NCBI GenBank assembly: GCA_003858585.1
Contig: RQZE01000006.1
Location: 96,823-128,822 of the forward strand
Source: Erysipelotrichaceae bacterium OH741_COT-311
GTDB lineage: Bacteria; Bacillota_I; Bacilli_A; Erysipelotrichales; Erysipelotrichaceae
Reading direction: 5' to 3'
Length of the DNA stretch: 32,000 bases
Shown: one piece after another, positions 24,280 to 32,000 of the stretch
Numbering within the stretch: position 1 is the stretch's first letter
How the letters are laid out: each line of letters starts with the position of its first letter
Position numbers and translations under genes: made by a program
The notes under the pieces: model-generated
Told to the model about the DNA's origin: nothing
The model's database searches: none
The model's input: the letters and a program-made list of their open reading frames with translations, nothing else

Positions 24280-25023
24280 ATGGAGTATTTAAGAGATTGG
24301 AAGCAGGAGATTTTAGATCGTGCAGCATGGATTGCACAATATGTAAGCAATGCCAAGGCAAATGGTGTTGGCTTAGGGTTAAGTGGTGGTAAAGATAGTG
24401 TGATTGTTTCTTTCTTGTGCCATGAGGCTAAAGTACCTATTTTAGGGTGTGCTTTGCCCATTGGAAATGCGAAGGAAGATGAAGAAATTGCAAAGTATTA
24501 TGCGGATATGTTTCAGATTGAGTTTTATAATCTGAATTTGCAAAAGCCTTTTGAAGCGTTAATGAAATGTATGGAAGAAACTGCTATTCAAGTGGAGGGC
24601 TTATCTATGGCAAATATAAAGCCACGTTTGCGTATGACAACGATGTATGCTTTGTGTCAAGCACGTAATTATTTAGTGATTGGTACCGGTAATCTTAGTG
24701 AATATACAACGGGTTATTTTACAAAGTGGGGCGATGGAGCTTATGATTTTAATCCCATTCGTGATTTGACAGTTCGAGAATTAAATGATTTGATGAAGTA
24801 CATTGATGAACACTATGACTATGATTTTAAAACGATTCGTGCTCGTGTTCCTTCCGGGGGGTTATATATTGGGCAAACAGATGAAGAAGAACTAGGTATT
24901 AGCTATGAAAAGATTGATGAGTATATTTTGGGAACTCCGGATCTTGAAACAAAGGAATATTTAGATCGTTTATATCAAAGAACCAATCATAAGCGTACAT
25001 TGCCTCCTGTATATAAAAAGTAA
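24280..25023 (+). CDS. nadE: ammonia-dependent NAD+ synthetase
   Basis: PP-loop GLSGGKDS. TGNLSEYTTGYFTKWGDGAYDFNPI is typical of NadE. Confidence 0.9.
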   Translation: MEYLRDWKQEILDRAAWIAQYVSNAKANGVGLGLSGGKDSVIVSFLCHEAKVPILGCALPIGNAKEDEEIAKYYADMFQIEFYNLNLQKPFEALMKCMEETAIQVEGLSMANIKPRLRMTTMYALCQARNYLVIGTGNLSEYTTGYFTKWGDGAYDFNPIRDLTVRELNDLMKYIDEHYDYDFKTIRARVPSGGLYIGQTDEEELGISYEKIDEYILGTPDLETKEYLDRLYQRTNHKRTLPPVYKK

Positions 25024-25068
25024 CTCACATAATTTTACATAAAGAAAACAAATTATTTCGATAAGAAC

Positions 25069-25096
25069 TTGGTATGATGTATGTACAAGGTATAAT
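25069..25096 (+). promoter_or_regulatory. candidate sigma-A promoter in the nadE-HD intergenic region
   Basis: TTGGTA - 16 nt - TATAAT (25091-25096). Confidence 0.4.
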
Positions 25097-25102
25097 AGAA
25101 GC

Positions 25103-25192
25103 CTTGTAGTACATAGTAATATCCCCTTATTATTCGTACAAAACATTCTATCCCCTTATAAGTTTTAGAAAAAAGGTCTTCGGACTTTTTTT
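25103..25192 (+). ncRNA. candidate ~90-nt sRNA or leader with two CCCC hairpin loops
   Basis: Bounded by the promoter above and the terminator AAAAGGTC-TTCG-GACTTTTT+TT (25171-25192). The 11-nt repeat TATCCCCTTAT occurs at 25120-25130 and 25149-25159. The first CCCC lies in the 6-nt loop of the hairpin AGTAATA/TATTATT, closed by GTAC/GTAC. Confidence 0.3.
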
Positions 25193-25223
25193 CTGTTATA
25201 CTATTAGTATTAGAGGTGATAAG

Positions 25224-26438
25224 ATGTTTACAAAATTAAGTGAAGTAAAAGTCTTAAGAGATCCGATTCATGGATATGTTCACATTGATTTACAAGTGAT
25301 ATGGGAGTTATTAAATACCAAGGAATTTCAACGTTTACGTCGCATACGACAATTAGGGGGAGCTTTTGCGGTCTATCATACGGCTATGCATACACGGTTT
25401 GAACATAGTTTAGGTGTTTATGAAATTGTGCGTCGTATGGTCGTTGAAATTGAGGATTTAAATCGTAGTCTAACAGAGTATGAAAAGGTTTGTGTCATGG
25501 TTGCAGGATTGCTGCATGATGTAGGGCATTTTCCATACAGTCATGCCTTTGAAAGTATTGTAAATTGTAATCATGAAGAATTTACCCAACGTATTCTTTT
25601 AGAAGATACCCAAATTCATTCGATTCTTATGCAGCATCATCCTTCTTTAGCTAAGGATGTGTGTGACATTATAAATCACAGTCATCCAAATAACATTTTG
25701 ACACAGATTATATCATCACAATTGGATGCCGATCGCATGGATTACTTATTACGTGATTCTTACTTTACGGGCACAAAATATGGGCAATTTGATTTAGAAC
25801 GTTTGTTGAGAACCATACGTGTAAAACAAGAGCAATTAGTCATCAAAGAAAGTGGAATGCATACGGTGGAAGATTACATCATGGCTCGTTATCACATGTA
25901 TTGGCAAGTCTATCTTCATCCTGTGGCACGTAGCTTTGAGGTAATGTTACAGTGTTTCTTTGCACGTTTAAAAGATGTGTATCTTCATCAACCGGAAGTA
26001 TTAAAAGGAATTACGATGTTTGATGTCTTTTTGCAAGAAGGTACTATTTCAGTCGAAGATCATTTCCTATTTGATGAGCATGCGTGTAATTATGGCATTA
26101 TGTGTTTAAGGAAGGTAAGCGATCCTATTCTAGCTGATTTAGCGAAGGCTTTATTGGATCGTAAACTATTTGGTTATGTCGATGCCAGTAAAGAGACAAT
26201 GGCGTATTATAAAAAATGTCTTGAAGAAGCAGGCTATGATTCACGTTACTATTTAAGATATGATCAAGCTAGTAAAAAACCATATCAACCATATATCGGT
26301 AGTGATATTTATATTTTGGTAAACAAACAAATTCAGGAGTTATCTCAAACAAGTAACATCGTTAGTGCAATTGTAAAGGCGGAGGTTAAAAAAGAATCTT
26401 TATTGTTTGGTCCCAAAGAATTACTACAGGGTTTCTAA
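25224..26438 (+). CDS. HD-domain phosphohydrolase (dNTP triphosphohydrolase-like, YwfO-type)
   Basis: RFEHSLGV, LLHDVGHFPYSH and DADRMDYLLRDSYFTG motifs. Confidence 0.8.
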   Translation: MFTKLSEVKVLRDPIHGYVHIDLQVIWELLNTKEFQRLRRIRQLGGAFAVYHTAMHTRFEHSLGVYEIVRRMVVEIEDLNRSLTEYEKVCVMVAGLLHDVGHFPYSHAFESIVNCNHEEFTQRILLEDTQIHSILMQHHPSLAKDVCDIINHSHPNNILTQIISSQLDADRMDYLLRDSYFTGTKYGQFDLERLLRTIRVKQEQLVIKESGMHTVEDYIMARYHMYWQVYLHPVARSFEVMLQCFFARLKDVYLHQPEVLKGITMFDVFLQEGTISVEDHFLFDEHACNYGIMCLRKVSDPILADLAKALLDRKLFGYVDASKETMAYYKKCLEEAGYDSRYYLRYDQASKKPYQPYIGSDIYILVNKQIQELSQTSNIVSAIVKAEVKKESLLFGPKELLQGF

Positions 26439-26464
26439 TACATCATCCTATCAATTAATACATC

Positions 26465-26502
26465 AAACTACTAAAGGCATTGTTTCCTTTAGTAGTTTTT
26501 TT
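26465..26502 (+). terminator. rho-independent terminator
   Basis: Perfect 13-bp stem AAACTACTAAAGG / CCTTTAGTAGTTT followed by a T-run. Confidence 0.8.
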
Positions 26503-26615
26503 GTAAACATCTAGATGGATATAGGTTTACAATCCCATTGTTATAGTGGGTGTTAAGTGTATATCGAAAACTAGAATGAATAGAAATAGTAATAAATAAA
26601 GTGGTTTAATAAGTA

Positions 26616-26643
26616 TTGACATTATATCAATAATGGTTATAAT
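26616..26643 (+). promoter_or_regulatory. sigma-A promoter
   Basis: TTGACA - 16 nt - TATAAT. Confidence 0.6.
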
Positions 26644-26670
26644 TCTAGTGGTATTTAGAAAGTGAATACA

Positions 26671-27045
26671 ATGAAGAAAATTAAAGTAGTTCAATATGAT
26701 TTTTTAACCGATACTGCATTTGAGCTATATGACGGTATTGTAGAGTCGATCAAAGAGTTTAAAGTGTTAGAGAAAAGTTCAAGAGCTTCCCTTTATGTGA
26801 AGGTAGAATCAGAGTCTATGAAGATTTTACGTCTTGAGGACAACGAAACCCATCTGGAAGTATCCAAGGATCAAGGGAGTCTTACTATAAAAACACCCTA
26901 TGGACAGTTATCGTTTGAGGTTGAAATTGTTTCTTTTCATAGTTCTGAAAGTGAAGTTGTGTGTCAGTATTATCTAAAGCAAAATCAAGAGATTGTCGCA
27001 CATTTTGAATTTAAAATAATCGTAATTGACAAGATGTTAAATTAA
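26671..27045 (+). CDS. hypothetical protein
   Basis: ORF preceded by a consensus promoter. The ATG at 26671 is preferred over the GTG at 26662. No recognisable motif. Confidence 0.5.
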   Translation: MKKIKVVQYDFLTDTAFELYDGIVESIKEFKVLEKSSRASLYVKVESESMKILRLEDNETHLEVSKDQGSLTIKTPYGQLSFEVEIVSFHSSESEVVCQYYLKQNQEIVAHFEFKIIVIDKMLN

Positions 27046-27056
27046 GGAGAGTACCG

Positions 27057-27398
27057 ATGAGTAAAAAATCAATGACGGATGTGGCTTTTGAAATGTTGTC
27101 AAAGAAGAAGCGCAGTGTTGCGTTTGCAAAACTTTGGGAAGAAGTGTGTGCAAAGATGGGCTTTGATGAAACGATGGCACAAAAGAAGATTGCTCAATTT
27201 TATACGGATATGATGTTGGATAATCGCTTTGCTTCCCTAGAAGATAATAAGTGGGATTTACGTAGCCGTCGCACATATGAAGAGACACATTTTGATACAA
27301 GTAGTATTTTAATTGATGATGATGACTTGTTAGATGAAGAGTTTGAATTTATTGATGATGATGAAGTAACAAGTAAAAATGAAGAGGATGAATATTAA
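27057..27398 (+). CDS. rpoE: DNA-directed RNA polymerase delta subunit
   Basis: HARE-HTH-like N-terminal domain (MTDVAFEMLSKKKRSVAFAKLWEEV...QFYTDMMLDNRFASL..NKWDLRSR) plus an acidic D/E-rich tail. Confidence 0.85.
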   Translation: MSKKSMTDVAFEMLSKKKRSVAFAKLWEEVCAKMGFDETMAQKKIAQFYTDMMLDNRFASLEDNKWDLRSRRTYEETHFDTSSILIDDDDLLDEEFEFIDDDEVTSKNEEDEY

Positions 27399-27425
27399 TA
27401 AGCTTACATTGTAGGCTTATTTTTT
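27398..27425 (+). terminator. rho-independent terminator
   Basis: ATAAGCTTACA / TGTAGGCTTAT stem followed by TTTTT. Confidence 0.6.
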
Positions 27426-27453
27426 GTATAATTTATAAAACAGGAGAAAAACA

Positions 27454-28086
27454 ATGAAGTATATAATTTGGGATTTTAATGGAACGATCTTAGATGATGT
27501 AGATATATGTTTAAAAGCAGAAAATATCTTAAATAAACGTTATCGCATTAATCGTATTGTAAGTAAAGAAGAATATTTGGAATTATTTGAGTTTCCGGTA
27601 ATTCGTTATTATGAAAAGTTAGGTTATAATTTTGATGTCATTGATTATCATGTGCTATCAAAAGAGTTTATTCATTTATATGATCAATATTTTCATGAAG
27701 CAACATTGATGGATGGTTTTATTAATAAGATTGAAGAGTCTATTGCGTTAAATAATCGTAACGTAATTATTTCTGCAAGTCGTAAAGATTTATTGCTGAA
27801 ACAGTGCCAAGAATTAAAAATTGATCATTACTTTGATGAAATTTTAGGTAGTGATAATATTTTAGGTAAGGGTAAGATGGAAGTTGCTATGCAGTGGATA
27901 CAAGACAATAACATTGATGTAAGCAGGTGTTTGTTTATTGGAGATAGTATTCATGACTTGCATTGTGCAAAGGCAATTGATGTTGCGTGTGCTTTGGTCA
28001 GTAAAGGGCATCAATCTAAAAACCAATTGTTAAAGCATACCGAGTGTGTGTTTGATCATCTTAAGGATGTAGATATAAATTTGTGA
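27454..28086 (+). CDS. HAD-superfamily hydrolase
   Basis: Motif I WDFNGTILDD, motif II ISAS, motif III/IV K...GDSIHD. Confidence 0.7.
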   Translation: MKYIIWDFNGTILDDVDICLKAENILNKRYRINRIVSKEEYLELFEFPVIRYYEKLGYNFDVIDYHVLSKEFIHLYDQYFHEATLMDGFINKIEESIALNNRNVIISASRKDLLLKQCQELKIDHYFDEILGSDNILGKGKMEVAMQWIQDNNIDVSRCLFIGDSIHDLHCAKAIDVACALVSKGHQSKNQLLKHTECVFDHLKDVDINL

Positions 28087-28093
28087 GGTAAGT

Positions 28094-28591
28094 ATGTATC
28101 GTATAGGTCAATCAAGTGATATTCATCAGCTGGTAATGGGTAGAGAGTTAATTTTAGGTGGAGTAAACATTCCGTATGAAAAAGGTCTTTTAGGTCATAG
28201 TGATGCGGATGCTTTGTTGCATGCGATTGCAGAGGCGATGTTGGGGGCTTTGGCTTTAGGGGACTTAGGGAAACACTTCCCGGATACCGGCATGCAATAT
28301 AAAGGTGCCAGCAGCTTAATGATTTTAAATGAATGTGGTAAGATGATTCGACAAAGAGGGTATCAAGTAGTTAATATAGATTCCTTAATTATGATTGAAC
28401 GTCCTAAAATGGCTCCTTATATTGATGAGATGCGTCGTAACATTGCCAAGGAGTTGCATCTTTCTTTGGATCAAGTAAATGTGAAAGCTACAAGAGGAGA
28501 AGGTTTAGGGTTTGTTGGTCAAGAATTAGGTGTATTAGCACAGGCGGTTGTTTTACTTGAAAAGCAAGAAGGACATTTTCGGTTAAAATAA
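28094..28591 (+). CDS. ispF: 2-C-methyl-D-erythritol 2,4-cyclodiphosphate synthase
   Basis: YRIGQSSDIHQL...GHSDADALLHAI...LGDLGKHFPD are canonical IspF motifs. Confidence 0.9.
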   Translation: MYRIGQSSDIHQLVMGRELILGGVNIPYEKGLLGHSDADALLHAIAEAMLGALALGDLGKHFPDTGMQYKGASSLMILNECGKMIRQRGYQVVNIDSLIMIERPKMAPYIDEMRRNIAKELHLSLDQVNVKATRGEGLGFVGQELGVLAQAVVLLEKQEGHFRLK

Positions 28592-28670
28592 TGTGAAAAA
28601 TAGATATTCTTACTTTAAAAATCATGAAAAATGAAGTATTATAGTTATGTCATAATAGGAGGACTTTAAA

Positions 28671-29537
28671 ATGGTATTAGTATCTGCAAAAGAAATGATT
28701 GAAAAGGCTCATGCTGGTCATTATGCAATTGGGCAATTCAATATCAACAATTTAGAATGGACAAAAGCGATTTTAGCTGCTGCACAAGAAGCAAATTCTC
28801 CGGTAATTTTAGGAGTTTCTGAAGGCGCTGCAAAATACATGTGTGGATTTAAAACAGTAGTTGCAATGGTAAAGGGTATTCATGATCAAATGGGTATTAC
28901 AGTTCCGGTTGCTATTCACTTAGACCATGGTTCATTTGATGGTGCAAAGAATGCAATTGAAGCCGGTTTTACTTCAGTAATGTTTGACGGTTCTCATTTT
29001 CCAATTGAGGAAAACATTGCAAAATCAAAAGAAATCATTGAGCATGCACACAGCTTAGGGATTTCTGTAGAATGTGAAGTTGGTTCTATTGGTGGTGAAG
29101 AAGACGGTGTTGTAGGAGCCGGTGAGTTTGCAGATCCTCAAGAATGTAAGACAATTTCAGATTTAGGTGTAGATTTCTTGGCTGCTGGTATTGGTAATAT
29201 TCATGGAAAATATCCTGCAAACTGGCCTGGATTAAACTTTGAAGTATTAGGTAAAATCCAAGAGCTTACAGAAGGAAAACCATTAGTATTACATGGCGGT
29301 AGCGGTATCCCTGCTGAACAAGTTGCTAAGGCAATTACATTAGGGGTTTCTAAAATCAATGTTAATACAGAATTACAATTAGAATTTGCTGCAGCTACAC
29401 GTGAATACATCATGGCCGGTAAAGATCAAGAATCTAAGGGATATGACCCTCGTAAATTACTTGCTCCGGGTGCAAAAGCAATTCAAACAAAAGTAGTTGC
29501 AATGATGAATCAATTTGGTTCAGCTAACAAAGCTTAA
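28671..29537 (+). CDS. fba: class II fructose-1,6-bisphosphate aldolase
   Basis: YAIGQFNINNLEW, HLDHG, SVMFDGS, GNIHGKY and LVLHGGSG motifs. Confidence 0.9.
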   Translation: MVLVSAKEMIEKAHAGHYAIGQFNINNLEWTKAILAAAQEANSPVILGVSEGAAKYMCGFKTVVAMVKGIHDQMGITVPVAIHLDHGSFDGAKNAIEAGFTSVMFDGSHFPIEENIAKSKEIIEHAHSLGISVECEVGSIGGEEDGVVGAGEFADPQECKTISDLGVDFLAAGIGNIHGKYPANWPGLNFEVLGKIQELTEGKPLVLHGGSGIPAEQVAKAITLGVSKINVNTELQLEFAAATREYIMAGKDQESKGYDPRKLLAPGAKAIQTKVVAMMNQFGSANKA

Positions 29538-29552
29538 TAAAGGTATTATAGG

Positions 29553-29579
29553 GTGTTATCGAAAGATAACACTTTTTTT
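29553..29579 (+). terminator. rho-independent terminator
   Basis: GTGTTATC-GAAA-GATAACAC stem followed by TTTTTTT. Confidence 0.8.
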
Positions 29580-29605
29580 GTTATAATTATTTCTGAGGTG
29601 ATTTT

Positions 29606-30274
29606 ATGATAAAGGCAATCTTATTTGATATGGATGGTATCTTAATGGATTCAGAAAAGCATTATATGGAAGGCACCATCACTTGGATGAGACGTTTAGG
29701 ATATACGGGAAGCAAAGAATCGGTGTATCGTTTGATTGGTACTTCCATGAAGACAACTTATCAAATGATTTATGATATGTTTGAAGGAAAATATACAATA
29801 GAGGAATTGAAACGAGCGAATGAAGATTATTTTTATCGTGAACATGTCCTTCAAGCGGATTTGTTAATGTTTGATGGAGTCAAAGAAGCATTGGAGGAGT
29901 TAGTATCGGTAGGATTAAAACTCGGTTTGTGTTCAGCAAGTCCTAAGCATACCATTGTTAGAAATTTAGAAGCTATGAACCTTACATCATATTTCGATGT
30001 TGTGTTGTGTGGAGATGATTTCCATGAATCGAAACCCAATCCTGCTATTTATTTAAGTGCAGCAAAAGCATTGCGTGTAGAACCGTGTGAATGTATTGTT
30101 TATGAAGATAGTGAATTAGGTATCATGGCCGGAGTGAATGCGAACATGTTTACTGTGGCTCGTATTGATCAACGTTATGGACAAAATCAACAACAAGCAG
30201 ATTTACTTGTAAAAGATATTCAAAGCTTAGTTACGTATATTAAGCATAATGTGTTACACTTATATGGGCATTAA
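29606..30274 (+). CDS. HAD-superfamily hydrolase (beta-phosphoglucomutase/phosphatase-like subfamily IA)
   Basis: AILFDMDGILMDSE motif I, CSAS motif II, K...EDS motif III/IV. Confidence 0.75.
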   Translation: MIKAILFDMDGILMDSEKHYMEGTITWMRRLGYTGSKESVYRLIGTSMKTTYQMIYDMFEGKYTIEELKRANEDYFYREHVLQADLLMFDGVKEALEELVSVGLKLGLCSASPKHTIVRNLEAMNLTSYFDVVLCGDDFHESKPNPAIYLSAAKALRVEPCECIVYEDSELGIMAGVNANMFTVARIDQRYGQNQQQADLLVKDIQSLVTYIKHNVLHLYGH

Positions 30275-30286
30275 GGAGTTAATTGT

Positions 30287-31555
30287 ATGGAAGATGTAAT
30301 TGTGATTGAAGGTGGACGTAAATTAAACGGTCAAGTGCGTATCAGCAGCTCTAAAAATGCAACGGTTGCCTTAATACCGGCAGCAATTTTAGCTAATGGA
30401 CCTGTAACAATTTGTGATGTGCCAAATATTAGTGATGTAGAATCGCTGAGTGAACTGTTAAGTGCATTAAGTGTAAATGTAGTACGACGTAGTCGAGATC
30501 ATATTGTGATTGATCCAAGTGAAATGAAGAATATACCACTTGATATACCGGCGGTATCTAAGTTAAGAGCTTCCTATTATTTTATGGGTGCTTTACTTGG
30601 AAAATACAAATATGTAAAAATGAAAATGCCGGGGGGCTGTTATCTTGGGCCTCGTCCGATTGATTTGCATCTTAAGGGCTTTGAAGCTTTAGGGGCAAGT
30701 GTTGAATATTCGCATGGCTATTATGAAATAAAAGCGCAAGAGCTTGTGGGAACAAAAATATTTTTGGATATTGCTTCGGTTGGAGCAACGATTAATATTA
30801 TGATGGCTTCGGTGTATGCCAAAGGGCGTACCATCATTGAAAACGCGGCAAAAGAGCCGGAGATTATTGATGTGGCAACCCTTTTAAATAAAATGGGGGC
30901 AAAAATTCGTGGTGCAGGTACAGGATTTATTACCATTGATGGTGTGGAATCCTTATCCGGTTGTTTCCATGAGATTATTCCGGATCGTATTGAGGCAGGA
31001 ACATTTATTATTATGGCAGCGGCTTGTGCAGAAAAGATGACAATTAATAATATTATTCCTCAGCATTTAGAGTCTTTAATTTCTAAGTTAGAGGAAATGG
31101 GGATTCAAATGAGCATTGATGTTGACAGTATTACGATTGAAGAAACAAAAGAGATTAAGGCAGTGGATGTACAAACACTACCTTATCCGGGATTTGCAAC
31201 AGATTTGCAACAACCGTTAACCGCATTAATGACCAAAGCAAATGGAACAAGCAGTGTTCGTGAAACCATTTATCCGGAGCGTTTTAAGAATTGTTTTGAA
31301 TTACAGAAAATGGGTGCAAAGGCAGATGTATATAATGCTTCTTGTACCATTACAGGACCAACGCCTTTATACGGAGAGCTTGTAACGGCAACAGATTTAC
31401 GTTGTGGAGCAGCTTTAGTAATTGCAGGTTTAATGGCACAAGGAACTACAACGATTCGTGAAGTATATCATATTGACCGTGGTTATGATGGCTTAGATGA
31501 AAAATTAAAGGCATTGGGTGCAGTGATATATCGCAAACAAATTGATGAAATCTAG
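30287..31555 (+). CDS. murA: UDP-N-acetylglucosamine 1-carboxyvinyltransferase
   Basis: Full-length EPSP-synthase-fold MurA pattern: G.V.ISSSKNA, PGGCYLGPRPIDLH (catalytic Cys loop), DRIEAGT, YPGFATDLQ, HIDRGY. Confidence 0.95.
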   Translation: MEDVIVIEGGRKLNGQVRISSSKNATVALIPAAILANGPVTICDVPNISDVESLSELLSALSVNVVRRSRDHIVIDPSEMKNIPLDIPAVSKLRASYYFMGALLGKYKYVKMKMPGGCYLGPRPIDLHLKGFEALGASVEYSHGYYEIKAQELVGTKIFLDIASVGATINIMMASVYAKGRTIIENAAKEPEIIDVATLLNKMGAKIRGAGTGFITIDGVESLSGCFHEIIPDRIEAGTFIIMAAACAEKMTINNIIPQHLESLISKLEEMGIQMSIDVDSITIEETKEIKAVDVQTLPYPGFATDLQQPLTALMTKANGTSSVRETIYPERFKNCFELQKMGAKADVYNASCTITGPTPLYGELVTATDLRCGAALVIAGLMAQGTTTIREVYHIDRGYDGLDEKLKALGAVIYRKQIDEI

Positions 31556-31556
31556 C

Positions 31557-31585
31557 TTGTCAAAGTAGTTGGAATGTGCTATATT
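31557..31585 (+). promoter_or_regulatory. sigma-A promoter for rpmE2
   Basis: TTGTCA - 17 nt - TATATT. Confidence 0.55.
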
Positions 31586-31639
31586 ATATAGGCACTTACT
31601 TTAAACACGCAGAGTGATTAAGGCAGAAGGGAGATCAGT

Positions 31640-31888
31640 ATGAAAAAAGGAATTCATCCAGAATATAGAAAAGTGGTATTTATGGATATCACAAGTGGTT
31701 ATAAATTTTTATCTGGATCTACAAAAGCATCAAAAGAAACAGTGGAATGGGAAGATGGAAATACATATCCATTAATCAAAGTGGAAATTAGTTCAGATAC
31801 ACATCCATTCTATACAGGTAAACAACGTTTCGCTGCTGCAGCTGGTAGAATTGAGAAATTCAATAAGAAATTTGGCTTAAAGAAATAA
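31640..31888 (+). CDS. rpmE2: 50S ribosomal protein L31 type B
   Basis: [16 protein letters not shown]...[10 protein letters not shown]. No CxxC zinc motif, and length ~82 aa, consistent with type B. Confidence 0.9.
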   Translation: MKKGIHPEYRKVVFMDITSGYKFLSGSTKASKETVEWEDGNTYPLIKVEISSDTHPFYTGKQRFAAAAGRIEKFNKKFGLKK

Positions 31889-31908
31889 GAGTTCTACTCT
31901 TATTTTTT
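31885..31908 (+). terminator. rho-independent terminator
   Basis: ATAAGAGT-TCT-ACTCTTAT stem followed by TTTTT, overlapping the stop codon. Confidence 0.7.
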
Positions 31909-32000
31909 ATATAGAAAAACCACGCCATAGTGGCGTGGGTAAAGATGAGCTTAAGCGATGAACAAAAAAGTCCTTCTTATGCTAAACTTTGAATAAGCCA

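Noticed and set aside
22250-25023. pncB-nadD-nadE as an NAD+-reconstitution counter-defence or defence-associated module
   Set aside because: This is the standard Preiss-Handler salvage set in host-like composition, inside a core-gene neighbourhood. Nothing suggests phage or mobile origin.
25224-26438. HD-domain dNTPase-like protein as an anti-phage dGTPase defence gene
   Set aside because: The motifs and length fit the widespread housekeeping YwfO-type HD phosphohydrolase. The flanks are core genes with normal composition. This cannot be excluded without phylogeny.
27037-27300. 87-aa minus-strand ORF
   Set aside because: It is antisense to rpoE, which has unmistakable delta-subunit features.
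27454-28086. HAD hydrolase with DFNGT instead of DxDGT in motif I (possible inactive enzyme)
   Set aside because: Asn at the second position occurs in bona fide HAD subfamilies. The remaining motifs are intact, so there is not enough evidence for pseudo-enzyme status.
31920-32000. Hairpin CCACGCC-ATAGT-GGCGTGG (31920-31938) and a possible minus-strand ORF end (...WLIQSLA-stop at 31977-32000)
   Set aside because: The hairpin is preceded by A5 on the plus strand. It probably terminates a convergent minus-strand gene, but only 7 codons of that gene lie in the window, which is too little to call a CDS.
1-32000. CRISPR arrays, tRNA/rRNA genes, group II introns, reverse transcriptases, and tandem repeats longer than 20 nt
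   Set aside because: Nothing resembling these was seen on either strand by eye. A computational scan (tRNAscan-SE, cmscan, a CRISPR finder) would be needed to exclude small RNAs formally.

Overview
Low-GC Bacillota-type chromosomal segment. The organism cannot be named from sequence alone; rpoE (delta subunit), type-B L31, mgtE, murA and fba suggest a Bacilli/Erysipelotrichia-like host. All calls come from reading the supplied ORFs and DNA by eye and from remembered family motifs. No database search was run.

Layout:
- 1-6.2 kb: accessory-looking run of small enzymes (tocopherol-cyclase-like, SAM methyltransferase, three GNATs, TfoX-like, VOC, DUF3267). It includes a very AT-rich islet carrying a solitary Mrr-like PD-(D/E)xK nuclease-fold gene.
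- 6253-12007: a ~5.75 kb serine-recombinase mobilisable element inserted inside a GNAT acetyltransferase gene. Removing it restores one reading frame exactly. It carries a large serine recombinase, a TnpW-like ORF, a DUF3847 protein, a MobQ relaxase with a hairpin-rich oriT, and two AT-rich cargo genes. Each cargo gene sits in a related promoter/terminator slot. The element ends would form a TTGACA-17-CATAAT promoter facing the recombinase only after circularisation.
- 12.3-32 kb: mostly core genes. These are mgtE with a structured leader, a PII-like + CPA2 antiporter pair, and a translationally coupled ThrE-pair/membrane protein/unknown/tandem AAA+ operon. They are followed by the alkD-like-pncB-nadD-nadE cluster, an HD phosphohydrolase, rpoE, HAD hydrolases, ispF, fba, murA and rpmE2.

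Best candidates for something undescribed:
- the mobile element's cargo-slot architecture and its orphan immunity-like cargo;
- the solitary Mrr-like gene;
- the ThrE-linked tandem-AAA+ operon;
- a promoter-to-terminator ~90-nt RNA with two CCCC hairpin loops upstream of the HD gene.

No CRISPR array, tRNA or rRNA was seen.
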